Positions 1 to 8,342 of a DNA stretch of 52,640 bases are shown one piece after another. How positions within the stretch are numbered: position 1 is the first letter of the stretch; each line of letters starts with the position of its first letter. Under the pieces are notes generated by a model, which searched no databases, had not been told where the DNA came from, and was given only the letters and a program-made list of their open reading frames with translations. Both the position numbers and the translations under genes were made by a program. The DNA lies in assembly GCA_964509615.1 (NCBI GenBank), contig CAZDXZ010000001.1, forward strand, positions 1 through 52,640, in the 5' to 3' direction. Source of the stretch: an uncultured Dehalococcoidales bacterium. Lineage in GTDB: Bacteria > Chloroflexota > Dehalococcoidia > GIF9 > UBA5629.

Positions 1-316
1 CGGCCGGCTTCTCCCCGCGCCTGTCGCAATGCATGGCGGTGAGCAGCCGGCAGAGATTGGAATAACCCGTACTGTCCCTGCAAAGCAGGATAAGATGGTA
101 GTCGCCTTCCATGTCTATCTCGGTGCCGATGATGGGCTTAACGCCGGACTTTTTAGCGCTCTGGTAGAACCTGACGGCGCCCGTCAGGCGGTTATGGTCT
201 GTCAGTGCCAGCGCAGGCATTCCGAAATGGGCGGCCTTATCCGCCAGCCGGTCCGGTGCGGCGGCGCCGTCCAGGAAGCTGTAGTAGGAATGCACATGCA
301 GATGTACGAAGGACAT
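1..316 (-). CDS. dnaE: DNA polymerase III alpha-subunit family protein, N-terminal PHP domain only (3' part runs off the window)
   Basis: Absent from the ORF track because there is no stop in the window. Manual minus-strand translation from ATG at 316..314 gives MSFVHLHVHSYYSFLDGAAAPDRLADKAAHFGMPALALTDHNRLTGAVRFYQSAKKSGVKPIIGTEIDMEGDYHLILL... This shows the HxHxHS..S.LDG / ALTDH / IIG.E pattern of the DnaE-type PHP domain. DnaE1 cannot be separated from DnaE2/ImuC on 105 aa. Confidence 0.85.
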   Translation of the reverse strand, partial: MSFVHLHVHSYYSFLDGAAAPDRLADKAAHFGMPALALTDHNRLTGAVRFYQSAKKSGVKPIIGTEIDMEGDYHLILLCRDSTGYSNLCRLLTAMHCDRRGEKPA

Positions 317-335
317 GGCGGTGTTACTCTCCGAC

Positions 336-587
336 TCAGTCGAGCACGCGGTGCAGGAACCAGGCCGAGTCGCTCCTGCACAGCTCGTAAGTGCCGGCGC
401 CCCGCCGCTCGGCGGTGACACGGATGAGAACGCGCACCTGCTCCCCGTTCCACCACTCCGCAGCCTCCCTCCACCAGGACAGTATCTCCACCACCCGGTA
501 GAGACGCCGGCGCCAGATGAAGGCAGTCGGAACGGACTCCCGGCTGATGTGGACGGTGATAGGTTCATCGATCTGTCTGGACACCAC
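336..587 (-). CDS. small Trp-rich hypothetical protein (83 aa) directly upstream of dnaE; resembles what I recall of the DUF6504 family that accompanies error-prone polymerase genes
   Basis: ORF track 336..587, GTG start, purine-rich SD-like tract about 8 nt upstream, stop 19 nt before the dnaE ATG. Sequence FIWRRRLYRVVEILSWWREAAEWWNGEQ...GTYELCRSDSAWFLHRVLD. The family assignment is from memory only. Confidence 0.6.
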   Translation of the reverse strand: MVSRQIDEPITVHISRESVPTAFIWRRRLYRVVEILSWWREAAEWWNGEQVRVLIRVTAERRGAGTYELCRSDSAWFLHRVLD

Positions 588-615
588 GCTCCATCCCCTT
601 TACAGGTGTGCAAGA

Positions 616-645
616 ATTATAGTAGAACAAATGTTCTGGTGTCAA
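616..645 (-). promoter_or_regulatory. sigma70-type promoter, consensus -35 TTGACA and -10 TATAAT with 18-nt spacer, driving the small ORF-dnaE unit
   Basis: Minus strand reads TTGACA (645..640), then ccagaacatttgttctac, then TATAAT (621..616). The GTG start at 587 lies about 30 nt downstream. Confidence 0.7.
624..637. promoter_or_regulatory. LexA/SOS box of the Gram-positive (Cheo) type, GAAC-N4-GTTC core
   Basis: AGAACAAATGTTCT is a perfect palindrome lying entirely inside the -35/-10 spacer of the promoter above. Confidence 0.7.
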
Positions 646-654
646 ACCGGGATG

Positions 655-694
655 GCATAAAAACAGCCGATGCCGTTCGAATGGCATCGGCTGT
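655..694 (-). terminator. Rho-independent terminator after the TolB-like gene
   Basis: 12-bp perfect stem, ACAGCCGATGCC (663..674) with GGCATCGGCTGT (683..694), 8-nt loop. On the minus strand it is followed by TTTTTAT. Confidence 0.75.
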
Positions 695-735
695 TGTGGC
701 CTGTTTGATACTGCAGCCGGCGATATGGTTAGCGG

Positions 736-1743
736 CTATCTCCAGGTCGGGCAGATGTTGTTGGACTTGCCGTAGGTCAGGCGGCGGATGTTGCTGCCGT
801 CGGCGTTCATAAGATATATATCCTTGTTGCCGTTGGCATCGGAGACAAAGGCGATTTGCTTGCCGTCGGGTGACCATACCGGGTTGCGGTTGTCGTTGAT
901 ATTATCCGTGAGCTTCCTGGCCGTCAGCAGCGGGAAAGGGGATGATGCGTCCGCGACCCAGAGATCTCCCTTGGCGGCAGTGCCCCTGACCCAGACGATC
1001 TTATTGGTGACCGGCGACCAGTCCGGCTCGGAGCCGTCCACGGCGACAATCAGGCCGAACTTTTTCTGGTCGCTGCCGTCGGGATTCATGGTATAAAGCA
1101 TGGGGCTGATAGCGTTTTCATCCCGGTTGGAGGCGAAGAGGATTCTGGAGCCGTCCGGTGACCAGATGGGCGCACTGTTCCAGCCCGACCTGTGACCGTG
1201 GCCCTGGGCCTCCGCTTCGGAAGCCGGCTCTTCATGTTTTTCGCTGGCAATGGTGTCGGTCAGCTGCCGAACGCCTGTGCCATCGGAGTTCATTGCAAAT
1301 ATCTCAAGGTTAAATATGCCCTCTTCAGTGATGACCTGGGAAACAAAGACGATTTGCTTGCCGTCAGGCGACCACCTGGGCAATGCGCTGCGTCCCTTTA
1401 CGTCACTGATCATCCTGCGGTCGCTGCCGTCGGCATTCATGCTCCAGATCTGATAATTAAATGATTCATTTGAGGTGAAAGCGATCCTTTTTCCGTCAGG
1501 CGACCAGTCGGGTGTGCCGTCGACTGTGCGGTTGTCCGTTGACAGGGGCTTCAGGTCTGTCCCACCGATATCAACTGTATATATGTGAACTATGCCATCC
1601 CGGTCGGAACTGAAAGCGACCAGCCCCGGAAGGCCCGAGGGCTGATAGGTGGCGGCCGGGGAGGCGCAGGCGAATAACGATGTCGCCGATAATGCCAGCA
1701 GGCCGATAAGACACATTAATTTACAGGGCTTGAAGTTGGGCAT
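736..1743 (-). CDS. TolB-like / PD40 (WD40-like beta-propeller) repeat lipoprotein
   Basis: Signal peptide with lipobox (LSATSLFAC). Repeated SPDGK(R/Q)IAF(T/V)S-type PD40 motifs (DWSPDGKRIAFTS, RWSPDGKQIVFVS, IWSPDGSRILFAS, VWSPDGKQIAFVS). Confidence 0.8.
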   Translation of the reverse strand: MPNFKPCKLMCLIGLLALSATSLFACASPAATYQPSGLPGLVAFSSDRDGIVHIYTVDIGGTDLKPLSTDNRTVDGTPDWSPDGKRIAFTSNESFNYQIWSMNADGSDRRMISDVKGRSALPRWSPDGKQIVFVSQVITEEGIFNLEIFAMNSDGTGVRQLTDTIASEKHEEPASEAEAQGHGHRSGWNSAPIWSPDGSRILFASNRDENAISPMLYTMNPDGSDQKKFGLIVAVDGSEPDWSPVTNKIVWVRGTAAKGDLWVADASSPFPLLTARKLTDNINDNRNPVWSPDGKQIAFVSDANGNKDIYLMNADGSNIRRLTYGKSNNICPTWR

Positions 1744-1840
1744 GGTGATTTCTCCTCGAGTGTGTATTACCTTGCTGTGGAAAGTATAATGGCAGATTCG
1801 GATATTGGCAAATGGCCGCCGGCTGACCCGGACGCGCCGG

Positions 1841-3013
1841 TCAGGCGGTCTTGCGCGTCGTCATAAACTCGACCGCCCAATCGCGCATGGTACGGGGAGG
1901 AGTGTGCTCCTCGGCATTGCGCACCAGGGTCAGGGAGCCGGACTGGCATTTGTAGGCGCAGACTCCGCATCCTATGCAGAGGGCCTCGTCGGGCTCGGAT
2001 ACCTTGCCGGTTTTGTTGGTTAGCTCGCGGACGCGCCCTTCCCCATCACGCAGAGTGGTTTTACGTCCCCTGGCCTGAGGAGATTCCCTGAGCTTGAGTG
2101 CTTCCATGGGGCAGCGCTTGACGCACAGCCCGCAGCCGGTGCAGGTCTGCTGCTCAACTTTAATATGGTAGTTGGATGGCACCAGCCCCTCGTGCTTCAT
2201 GCGTTTGACGGCTTCAAACCACATGCAGCAGCAATTGCAGCAGTTGCAGATGGTGTCGGGCTTTTCCTGCTGGTTCGACATAGCGTGCACCAGGCCGGCC
2301 TCGGCGCACTGCTTGAGGATACGCTCGGTCTCCTCACGTGTGATCTCGCGGCCCATGCCGTTTTCCACGGCGTAGCGTCCCAGCCTGTCGAAGTGCAGGC
2401 ATACTTCGTTGGGGTATTTGTCGGGCTTGCCCGTTACCAGCTCTTTCTTCACACGGCAGGGGCAGAAGCTGACGCTGAAAAACGTGTAGGAATCAAGATG
2501 CTTTTTAACTTCCTCGTAGGGCAGTATGGCCTGCTTGTCCTCGATTACAGTGTTTACAGGCAGCACGCGCAGGCCTTTTTCTTTGACGGTCTCCCAGGGC
2601 TGCATGAAGGTCGGGAAATGGTTATCGGACAGCACTGCAAACTGTCTGCTGACCTCATCCTTCCTGCCCGGCCATCCCGTGGCGCGCATGAGCATGAAAA
2701 TATCGTTGAGCATATAGTGAGGGACACCGTCGCGGTCGAATTTATAGAGGAATCCCTTGCCTGTCAGCTCATCCAGCCGACCTGCCAGGTCGGCTGGGTC
2801 CATACCCTTCAGCCCGGCCCACACCTCGAGGCTTTTGGGCGAGTACGGCATGCCGGTCAGGAACTCAGCCTCGGCGGGTGTGTATTTTGCGACTATGACT
2901 TCCAGCAGTTTCTCCCCGCCCGGAACGCCGTACCAGCTTTTCCTCTGCCATTCGATGAACTGCAGGTAGATCTGCTTTTCCGAGTCCGATAGAACGATCT
3001 CCGGCTGGTTCAT
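1841..3013 (-). CDS. Cys-rich iron-sulfur protein with C-terminal 2x[4Fe-4S] ferredoxin-type motifs
   Basis: CTGCGLCVKRCP and CIGCGVCAYKC (CxxCxxCxxxC(P)), plus upstream CPC and the dense CNCCNCCC motif. 50 nt downstream of marR on the same strand. Confidence 0.7.
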   Translation of the reverse strand: MNQPEIVLSDSEKQIYLQFIEWQRKSWYGVPGGEKLLEVIVAKYTPAEAEFLTGMPYSPKSLEVWAGLKGMDPADLAGRLDELTGKGFLYKFDRDGVPHYMLNDIFMLMRATGWPGRKDEVSRQFAVLSDNHFPTFMQPWETVKEKGLRVLPVNTVIEDKQAILPYEEVKKHLDSYTFFSVSFCPCRVKKELVTGKPDKYPNEVCLHFDRLGRYAVENGMGREITREETERILKQCAEAGLVHAMSNQQEKPDTICNCCNCCCMWFEAVKRMKHEGLVPSNYHIKVEQQTCTGCGLCVKRCPMEALKLRESPQARGRKTTLRDGEGRVRELTNKTGKVSEPDEALCIGCGVCAYKCQSGSLTLVRNAEEHTPPRTMRDWAVEFMTTRKTA

Positions 3014-3063
3014 AAAATACTCCTGGCCCGTTTAATTTGACTGTTGAAGCCGGCCCGTTGGAA

Positions 3064-3492
3064 TTAACCTATTTGCGAACGGCCCAGCTCCCGCAGCACA
3101 CGTTCAAAGACCGCCATATCCTGCCCGGGGATATTTTTTCGAATGGCGGCGTTCAATTCGTCCGCGAAGCCGATGATGCGCGGCCCAACCTCCCTTGCCT
3201 TTTGCGTCAGGTATACCAGAGCGGACCTGCGGTCCTCGACATTCGGCCGGCGCTCCACGTAGCCGTTTTTTTCCATGCGGTCGAGTATGCCGGTGATGGT
3301 TGAGCCATCCAGCGCCACACGCTGCCCCAGCTCGCCGATCGTTATGCCGTCTCCAACCCAGAGGGCGCTGAAAACCATGTACTGCGGCGTGGTCAGATTG
3401 AAAGGCGACAGGCGGGAATCGTAGTGCTCGTAGACACGCCGCATCAATCGCCCGATATTAAAGCAGATATAATCGTCCAGCTCGTTTGTCAT
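3064..3492 (-). CDS. MarR-family transcriptional regulator (142 aa)
   Basis: The track ORF 3064..3828 is over-extended. The MarR-like sequence starts at the internal ATG at 3492 (MTNELDDYICFNIGRLMRRV...TTPQYMVFSAL...ITIGELGQRVALDGSTITGILDRMEKNGYVERR...DRR). Confidence 0.85.
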   Translation of the reverse strand: MTNELDDYICFNIGRLMRRVYEHYDSRLSPFNLTTPQYMVFSALWVGDGITIGELGQRVALDGSTITGILDRMEKNGYVERRPNVEDRRSALVYLTQKAREVGPRIIGFADELNAAIRKNIPGQDMAVFERVLRELGRSQIG

Positions 3493-3520
3493 AACCTGAT
3501 ACTTTTTACACAGAATATTT

Positions 3521-3544
3521 GCATACAATATAATAATTGTATGC
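3521..3544. promoter_or_regulatory. candidate MarR operator: perfect 9-bp inverted repeat with 6-bp AT spacer
   Basis: GCATACAAT-ATAATA-ATTGTATGC in the divergent intergenic region between marR (start 3492) and the CcdA-like gene (start 3659). Confidence 0.55.
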
Positions 3545-3658
3545 GCTTTTGTCAAGGGCAGGTGTGATTGGGTGGATGGGTTGGGGTTAGGCGATCTTGG
3601 TTGCCGGTCCGGAGCGGCGTGGAAAAACGGATTGACACAGGTTGCGGGATTGCTCAAA

Positions 3659-4375
3659 ATGGAGCAAATGGACATACAGGGGCTGTTAGCCGATATCAGC
3701 CTGCCGGGCATCTCCGCCTTCCTGCTCGGTGTGATGGCGGCGATCGGGCCTTGCACACTTGCCGCCAACCTGGCGGCGCTGGCGTATATCAGCCGCAGAC
3801 TTTCTGACCGCAGGTTCGCGGTTACCACCGGGGCCCTGTATACACTGGGCAGGATGATTACCTACACCGTGCTGGGGATGCTGATTATCTATGCCGGGCT
3901 GAGCATTCCCGCGATCGCCAACTTTCTGCAGGATTTCGGTGAGAAGGTGATGGGGCCTTTGCTGATAGCGGTAGGTCTGATCATGCTTTTTCTGGACAGG
4001 ATATCTCTGGGCGAGCACGGGAGCACAGTGGCAAACGCCGCCGGCAGGCTGGCGGATATGGGCATGCTGGGCGCTCTGCCGCTGGGCATTGTGCTGGCTC
4101 TGGCATTCTGCCCCTATAGCGCGGTGCTTTTCTTCGGTGTACTCATACCGCTGGCATTCAAGACCAGGGGTGGCGTGGGGTTGCCGGCTTTATTTGCCCT
4201 GGGCACAGGCCTTCCCGTGATGTTATTCGGTACACTCCTGTCGCTGGGCGTGGTGGGCGCGGCAAAATGGATAAATGCCATTAGCAGGGTGGAGAAATAT
4301 ATAAGGGTAGCCATGGCGCTGATCTTCATTTTGATCGGCCTTCTCTATATATGGCTGTGGCTGAATCCCTATTGA
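3659..4375 (+). CDS. CcdA/DsbD-superfamily (DsbD_2-like) polytopic membrane protein
   Basis: About 6 predicted TM helices and an N-terminal-helix Cys-Pro-type motif (AAIGPCTLAANL). Start trimmed to ATG 3659 (MEQMDIQ); the track start 3572 adds non-hydrophobic junk. Family call is moderate. Confidence 0.55.
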   Translation: MEQMDIQGLLADISLPGISAFLLGVMAAIGPCTLAANLAALAYISRRLSDRRFAVTTGALYTLGRMITYTVLGMLIIYAGLSIPAIANFLQDFGEKVMGPLLIAVGLIMLFLDRISLGEHGSTVANAAGRLADMGMLGALPLGIVLALAFCPYSAVLFFGVLIPLAFKTRGGVGLPALFALGTGLPVMLFGTLLSLGVVGAAKWINAISRVEKYIRVAMALIFILIGLLYIWLWLNPY

Positions 4376-4590
4376 GCAGAATGGATCAGTCGAATCAAAG
4401 CAGGGCCGGATCACAGCGCAGGAAGCCCGCTCCCTCATGAAATTGATTGACTCGTCAGCTAACATATATTAGTCTCAATTCTGCTATAATATTGTTGTAA
4501 TATTTTTTTTGCTGTGGTAAGCTGTTAACGTATTGTTGGGACGGAATATAAGCGGTCACGTTTATATAAAAAAAGGTAGGAGGTTGTTAC

Positions 4591-6291
4591 ATGGCGGACA
4601 TTTATAGCAAAAAGCCCTGGCTGGCATTTTACGACAAGCAAGTGCCTGCAACGTTGCAGTATCCGGAGACGAGTTTCTGGGAAACGGTGGAGCCGGCGTT
4701 CAAACATGATCCCAAGCGCGTAAGCCTGCACTATATGGGTACCCCGTTCACTTTCAAGCAGATGGACGAGATGTCCAACCGCTTTGCCAATCTGCTCAAG
4801 AAGATCGGCCTGAAGAAGGGCGATACGGTGGGCATAAACCTTCCCAACCTGCCCGCGTATTATATTGGGTTGCTGGGTATACAGAAGGCCGGCTGCGTGC
4901 TGACCGGCGTGAGCCCGCTGCTGACGGCCGAGGAGCTTAACCATCAGCTCAAGGATTCCGGCGCCAAGGTGCTGGTTACGCTCGACGCCCTCTACCCGCG
5001 GGTGATCAAGGGCATCGGCGGCACCGATCTCAAGGCCATTGTTTTCACCGGCATAGCCGATTACATCCCCCCGGTGATGGCGACCTTGGCGAAAATGCTT
5101 AAGAAGATACCCACCGGCAAAGTTCTGCCCATACCCGGCATCGAGATATACCATTTCAAGGATGTGATGAAGAACATGCCGGCCACTCCCGTGGCCGAGA
5201 AGGTCAGCATGGATGATACCTGCGTAATGCAGTATACGGGAGGCACCACTGGCCTGCCCAAGGGCGCGGAATTGACCCACCGCAACATGGTGAGCCAGAT
5301 GTTCCAGGTCACCACCTGGCTGGATACTCAGATGGGAAGCGTGGTAGGCATGACGGCCTTCCCGCTGTTCCATATCGCGGGCCTGCTGGTCTGCATGGCT
5401 ATGATGTCCAAGGCCATCACCCTGATCGCCGTGCCCAATCCGCGCGACCAGCAGTTCATAATAAAGAACATGAAGAAATACCGTCCGAACGTTATCGGCA
5501 ATGTGCCTACGGTATACCTGGAGCTGATGAAGCAGCCCGGGTTCCGCGGATATGATTTCTCCGATGTGCAGTATTTCGCCAGCGGCGCCGCCCCGTTCCC
5601 TCCCGAATATATCAAGGACTTCGAAAAAATTGTGGGCGAGAACAAGCTGGTGGAGGTATACGGGCTGACTGAGACCAGCCCCATCATCACGGCCAATCCG
5701 CGCTATGGGAAGAAGAAACCCGGCGCGGTCGGCATCCCTTTCCCCGACGTCCTGATCAGGATTGTCGATCCGGCGACGGGCGAGGACCTTCCCTTCAATG
5801 AGCCGGGCGAGGTAGCGGTGAAGGGGCCGCAGGTCTTCACCAAGGGTTATTTCAAGAAGCCGCAGGAGACAGCCAATGTACTGCGAAACGGCTGGTTCCA
5901 TACCGGCGATATCGGAAGGATGGACGAGGAGGGATACCTTACCATAGTTGACAGGCTCAAGGACATGGTCAATGTCTCCGGCTTCAAGGTTTTCACCCGT
6001 GAGCTGGATGACATTATCTGCGAGCACCCCGATGTCGACATGGGCGCAACAATCGGCATACAGGATCCCAACAGGCCAGGTTCTGAAATCGTGGCATCGG
6101 CCATCATCCTCAAGCCTGGTATAGAGAAGAGCGAGGCGGAGAAGGCCAAGATCATCGAGTACCTCAAGGGCAAAGTAGCTCCCTACAAGGTCCCCAAGCG
6201 CATAGAGTTCTACGACCAGCTTCCTACCAGCGCCGTGGGCAAGATCTTGAAGAGGGAACTGCGCACCATGATGACCGAGAAGCCCAAGTAA
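4591..6291 (+). CDS. AMP-dependent acyl-CoA synthetase/ligase (FadD-like), first gene of the GRE operon
   Basis: AMP-binding motif MQYTGGTTGLPKG, GYGLTET-type motif (VYGLTETS), TGDIGRMDEEGY, and C-terminal catalytic Lys region PTSAVGKILKRELR. Strong RBS AGGAGG 8 nt upstream. Confidence 0.9.
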   Translation: MADIYSKKPWLAFYDKQVPATLQYPETSFWETVEPAFKHDPKRVSLHYMGTPFTFKQMDEMSNRFANLLKKIGLKKGDTVGINLPNLPAYYIGLLGIQKAGCVLTGVSPLLTAEELNHQLKDSGAKVLVTLDALYPRVIKGIGGTDLKAIVFTGIADYIPPVMATLAKMLKKIPTGKVLPIPGIEIYHFKDVMKNMPATPVAEKVSMDDTCVMQYTGGTTGLPKGAELTHRNMVSQMFQVTTWLDTQMGSVVGMTAFPLFHIAGLLVCMAMMSKAITLIAVPNPRDQQFIIKNMKKYRPNVIGNVPTVYLELMKQPGFRGYDFSDVQYFASGAAPFPPEYIKDFEKIVGENKLVEVYGLTETSPIITANPRYGKKKPGAVGIPFPDVLIRIVDPATGEDLPFNEPGEVAVKGPQVFTKGYFKKPQETANVLRNGWFHTGDIGRMDEEGYLTIVDRLKDMVNVSGFKVFTRELDDIICEHPDVDMGATIGIQDPNRPGSEIVASAIILKPGIEKSEAEKAKIIEYLKGKVAPYKVPKRIEFYDQLPTSAVGKILKRELRTMMTEKPK

Positions 6292-6308
6292 CTTACTGAG
6301 GAGAAGAA

Positions 6309-7451
6309 ATGAAAAAGCGTCCCGTATTCCGCACCGAACTTTGCGACATGCTTGGCACCGAATATCCGGTGATGCTGGCGGGGATGGGGACTGCAGGCGG
6401 CTACACTTTGACCGCCGCGGTTTCCAACGCCGGCGGCCTGGGCATGCTCGGCGCCACGTTTTTATGGCCTGATGAGCTCAGGGAATGGATCAGGAAAATA
6501 CGCTCCCTCACCGATAAGCCTTTCGGCGTCGACATATTGCTGCCGGCAGCCATACCCAAGGATTTCGACCTGGATAAGCTCAAGGACTACATCCCTCCCG
6601 AGCACACGGAATTTGTCCGCAAGATGGCCAAAGATTTCGGTGTCGAAGGCGCTAAAATGAAGGAGTGGCCCATCTCCGAGGAGTTCGGATGGAGCCAGTT
6701 CCAGGTGGTGAAAGAGGAGAAGGTTCCCTTCTTTGCCCTGGGACTGGGCACGCCCGACTGGCTGATACCGGAGGCGCATGAAGCCGGCATCAAGATTGTG
6801 TCGCTGGTAGGCAATGTACGCAACGCCGTCCGCATTAAAAAGATGGGGGCCGATATTATCATTGCCCAGGGACATGATGCAGGCGGACATACCGGCAGGG
6901 TAGGTACCATGGCCCTTGTTCCTCAGGTAGTGGATGCCGTGGCGCCCACGCCCGTGGTAGCCGCCGGCGGCATAGCCGACGGCCGCGGCCTTGTGGCTGC
7001 GCTGGCATTGGGCGCCATCGGCGCCTGGTGCGGTACCGCCTTTTTAGCCACCCGTGAATGTTTCTGGGATTTCGTTGACTTCGGCATGCTCAACAAGCCT
7101 ACTATCGAAGCCTATTATCGCAAGCTCATCGAGTCTGACGAAGAGGCCGAGCAGATCACCCGCATTTACAGCGGCAAGACCACCAGATCTTTTAAAAACA
7201 AGCTTAGCGAGGCCTGGGACAAGTCAGGCCTGAAAACCCTGCCCATGCCTCTGCAGAGCATGCTGGTCTCCGACCTGCTGCAGGGCATGATGGAGAAAGG
7301 CGAAGCCGAATATTATCCCATGTTCGCCGGGCAGATCACGGGACTGATCAAGGAGATCAGAAGCGCACAGGAAGTTATGGACGATATCATCGGCGGGGCT
7401 GTGAAAATCATGCAAAAACAATTCCCGTCGGAGGTGACCATTAAGGCCTGA
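6309..7451 (+). CDS. nitronate monooxygenase / FabK-like FMN-dependent oxidoreductase (NMO family TIM barrel)
   Basis: GMGTAGGYTLTAAVSNAGGLGMLGA, IIAQGHDAGGHTG, VVAAGGIADGRG. RBS GAGGAG. Confidence 0.85.
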   Translation: MKKRPVFRTELCDMLGTEYPVMLAGMGTAGGYTLTAAVSNAGGLGMLGATFLWPDELREWIRKIRSLTDKPFGVDILLPAAIPKDFDLDKLKDYIPPEHTEFVRKMAKDFGVEGAKMKEWPISEEFGWSQFQVVKEEKVPFFALGLGTPDWLIPEAHEAGIKIVSLVGNVRNAVRIKKMGADIIIAQGHDAGGHTGRVGTMALVPQVVDAVAPTPVVAAGGIADGRGLVAALALGAIGAWCGTAFLATRECFWDFVDFGMLNKPTIEAYYRKLIESDEEAEQITRIYSGKTTRSFKNKLSEAWDKSGLKTLPMPLQSMLVSDLLQGMMEKGEAEYYPMFAGQITGLIKEIRSAQEVMDDIIGGAVKIMQKQFPSEVTIKA

Positions 7452-7493
7452 GCATCGGAAAAAGGACGAGACGGCCGCAAAAAGGATATCGAG

Positions 7494-8294
7494 ATGGAGT
7501 ATGAAGGTCTGATACTTGAGAAGAAGGATTACGTGGCGACATTGACCATGAACAGACCGCACAGATTGAACGCGCTGACGGGTGAGATCAGCAACGAGTA
7601 TTTGCCCAGGATATTCAGGGACCTGCAGGAGGATGATGACGTCCGTGCGCTTATCATAACCGGCGCGGGCAAAGGTTTCTGCACGGGCGCCGACGTCATT
7701 ATTTTCAACCAGGCGGCCGAGGAAGGAAGGCTGCAGGAGCTGCTGGAGCCACATGCCCAGACCATCGGCGGCGCATTCGTGATGGGCCTGTATAATCTGC
7801 AGAAGCCGGTCATTGCCGCCGTCAACGGGGTGGCCGCAGGCGGCGGCGTGTCGCTGGCGCTGCTGGCCGACATCAGGATCGCTTCAGAGAAGGCTTTGTT
7901 CAATATGGCTTTCGTCATGCGGGGACTGATACCCGATTGCGGCTGCACCTACCTTATGCCGCGCCTGCTGGGCACGGGGCGCAGCTACGAATACATGTAT
8001 ACCGGGGCGACTATCGACGCGCGCGAAGCGGAGCGCATCGGGCTGGTAAACAGGGTCGTACCACATGAGAAGCTGATGGAAGAGGCGGAAGCACTGGCGG
8101 CCAGGATCGTGCAGGGCCCCCCGCTGGCCTATAAGCAGATCAAGCGCGCGGTGCAGAGCGGCCTGCACAACACCCTGGAACAGCAGCTCTTTATCGAGAC
8201 ATACGCGCAGAAGAACCTGATGGGAAGCGAGGATTTCCGTGAGGGGCTCAACTGCTTCAGGGAGAAGCGGATGCCCGAGTTTAAGGGACGCTGA
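7494..8294 (+). CDS. enoyl-CoA hydratase/isomerase (crotonase) family protein
   Basis: LTMNRPHRLNAL, ITGAGKGFCTGADV, AAVNGVAAGGGVSLALLADIRIA, and the typical C-terminal EGLNCFREKR. Confidence 0.9.
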   Translation: MEYEGLILEKKDYVATLTMNRPHRLNALTGEISNEYLPRIFRDLQEDDDVRALIITGAGKGFCTGADVIIFNQAAEEGRLQELLEPHAQTIGGAFVMGLYNLQKPVIAAVNGVAAGGGVSLALLADIRIASEKALFNMAFVMRGLIPDCGCTYLMPRLLGTGRSYEYMYTGATIDAREAERIGLVNRVVPHEKLMEEAEALAARIVQGPPLAYKQIKRAVQSGLHNTLEQQLFIETYAQKNLMGSEDFREGLNCFREKRMPEFKGR

Positions 8295-8342
8295 TAAATA
8301 GTAATAAATAAACAGCTTATACAGGAATAGGAGGAACACCTG

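Noticed and set aside
29-474. ORFs 29..418(+), 202..474(-), 315..812(+) at the left edge
   Set aside because: They overlap the manually detected dnaE PHP-domain frame (1..316, minus) and the small W-rich ORF. They lack motifs, and the 315..812 ORF runs through a terminator and a promoter.
3493-3828. N-terminal 112-aa extension of the MarR ORF (track 3064..3828)
   Set aside because: The extension crosses the AT-rich divergent promoter and operator region and overlaps the opposite-strand gene start. MarR homology begins at the internal ATG at 3492.
4525-6027. 500-aa ORF on the minus strand
   Set aside because: It is exactly antisense to the ligase gene 4591..6291, which carries clear AMP-binding motifs. 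The antisense product is an R/L/G/H-rich, low-complexity-like sequence with no motifs. This is the typical GC-driven shadow ORF.
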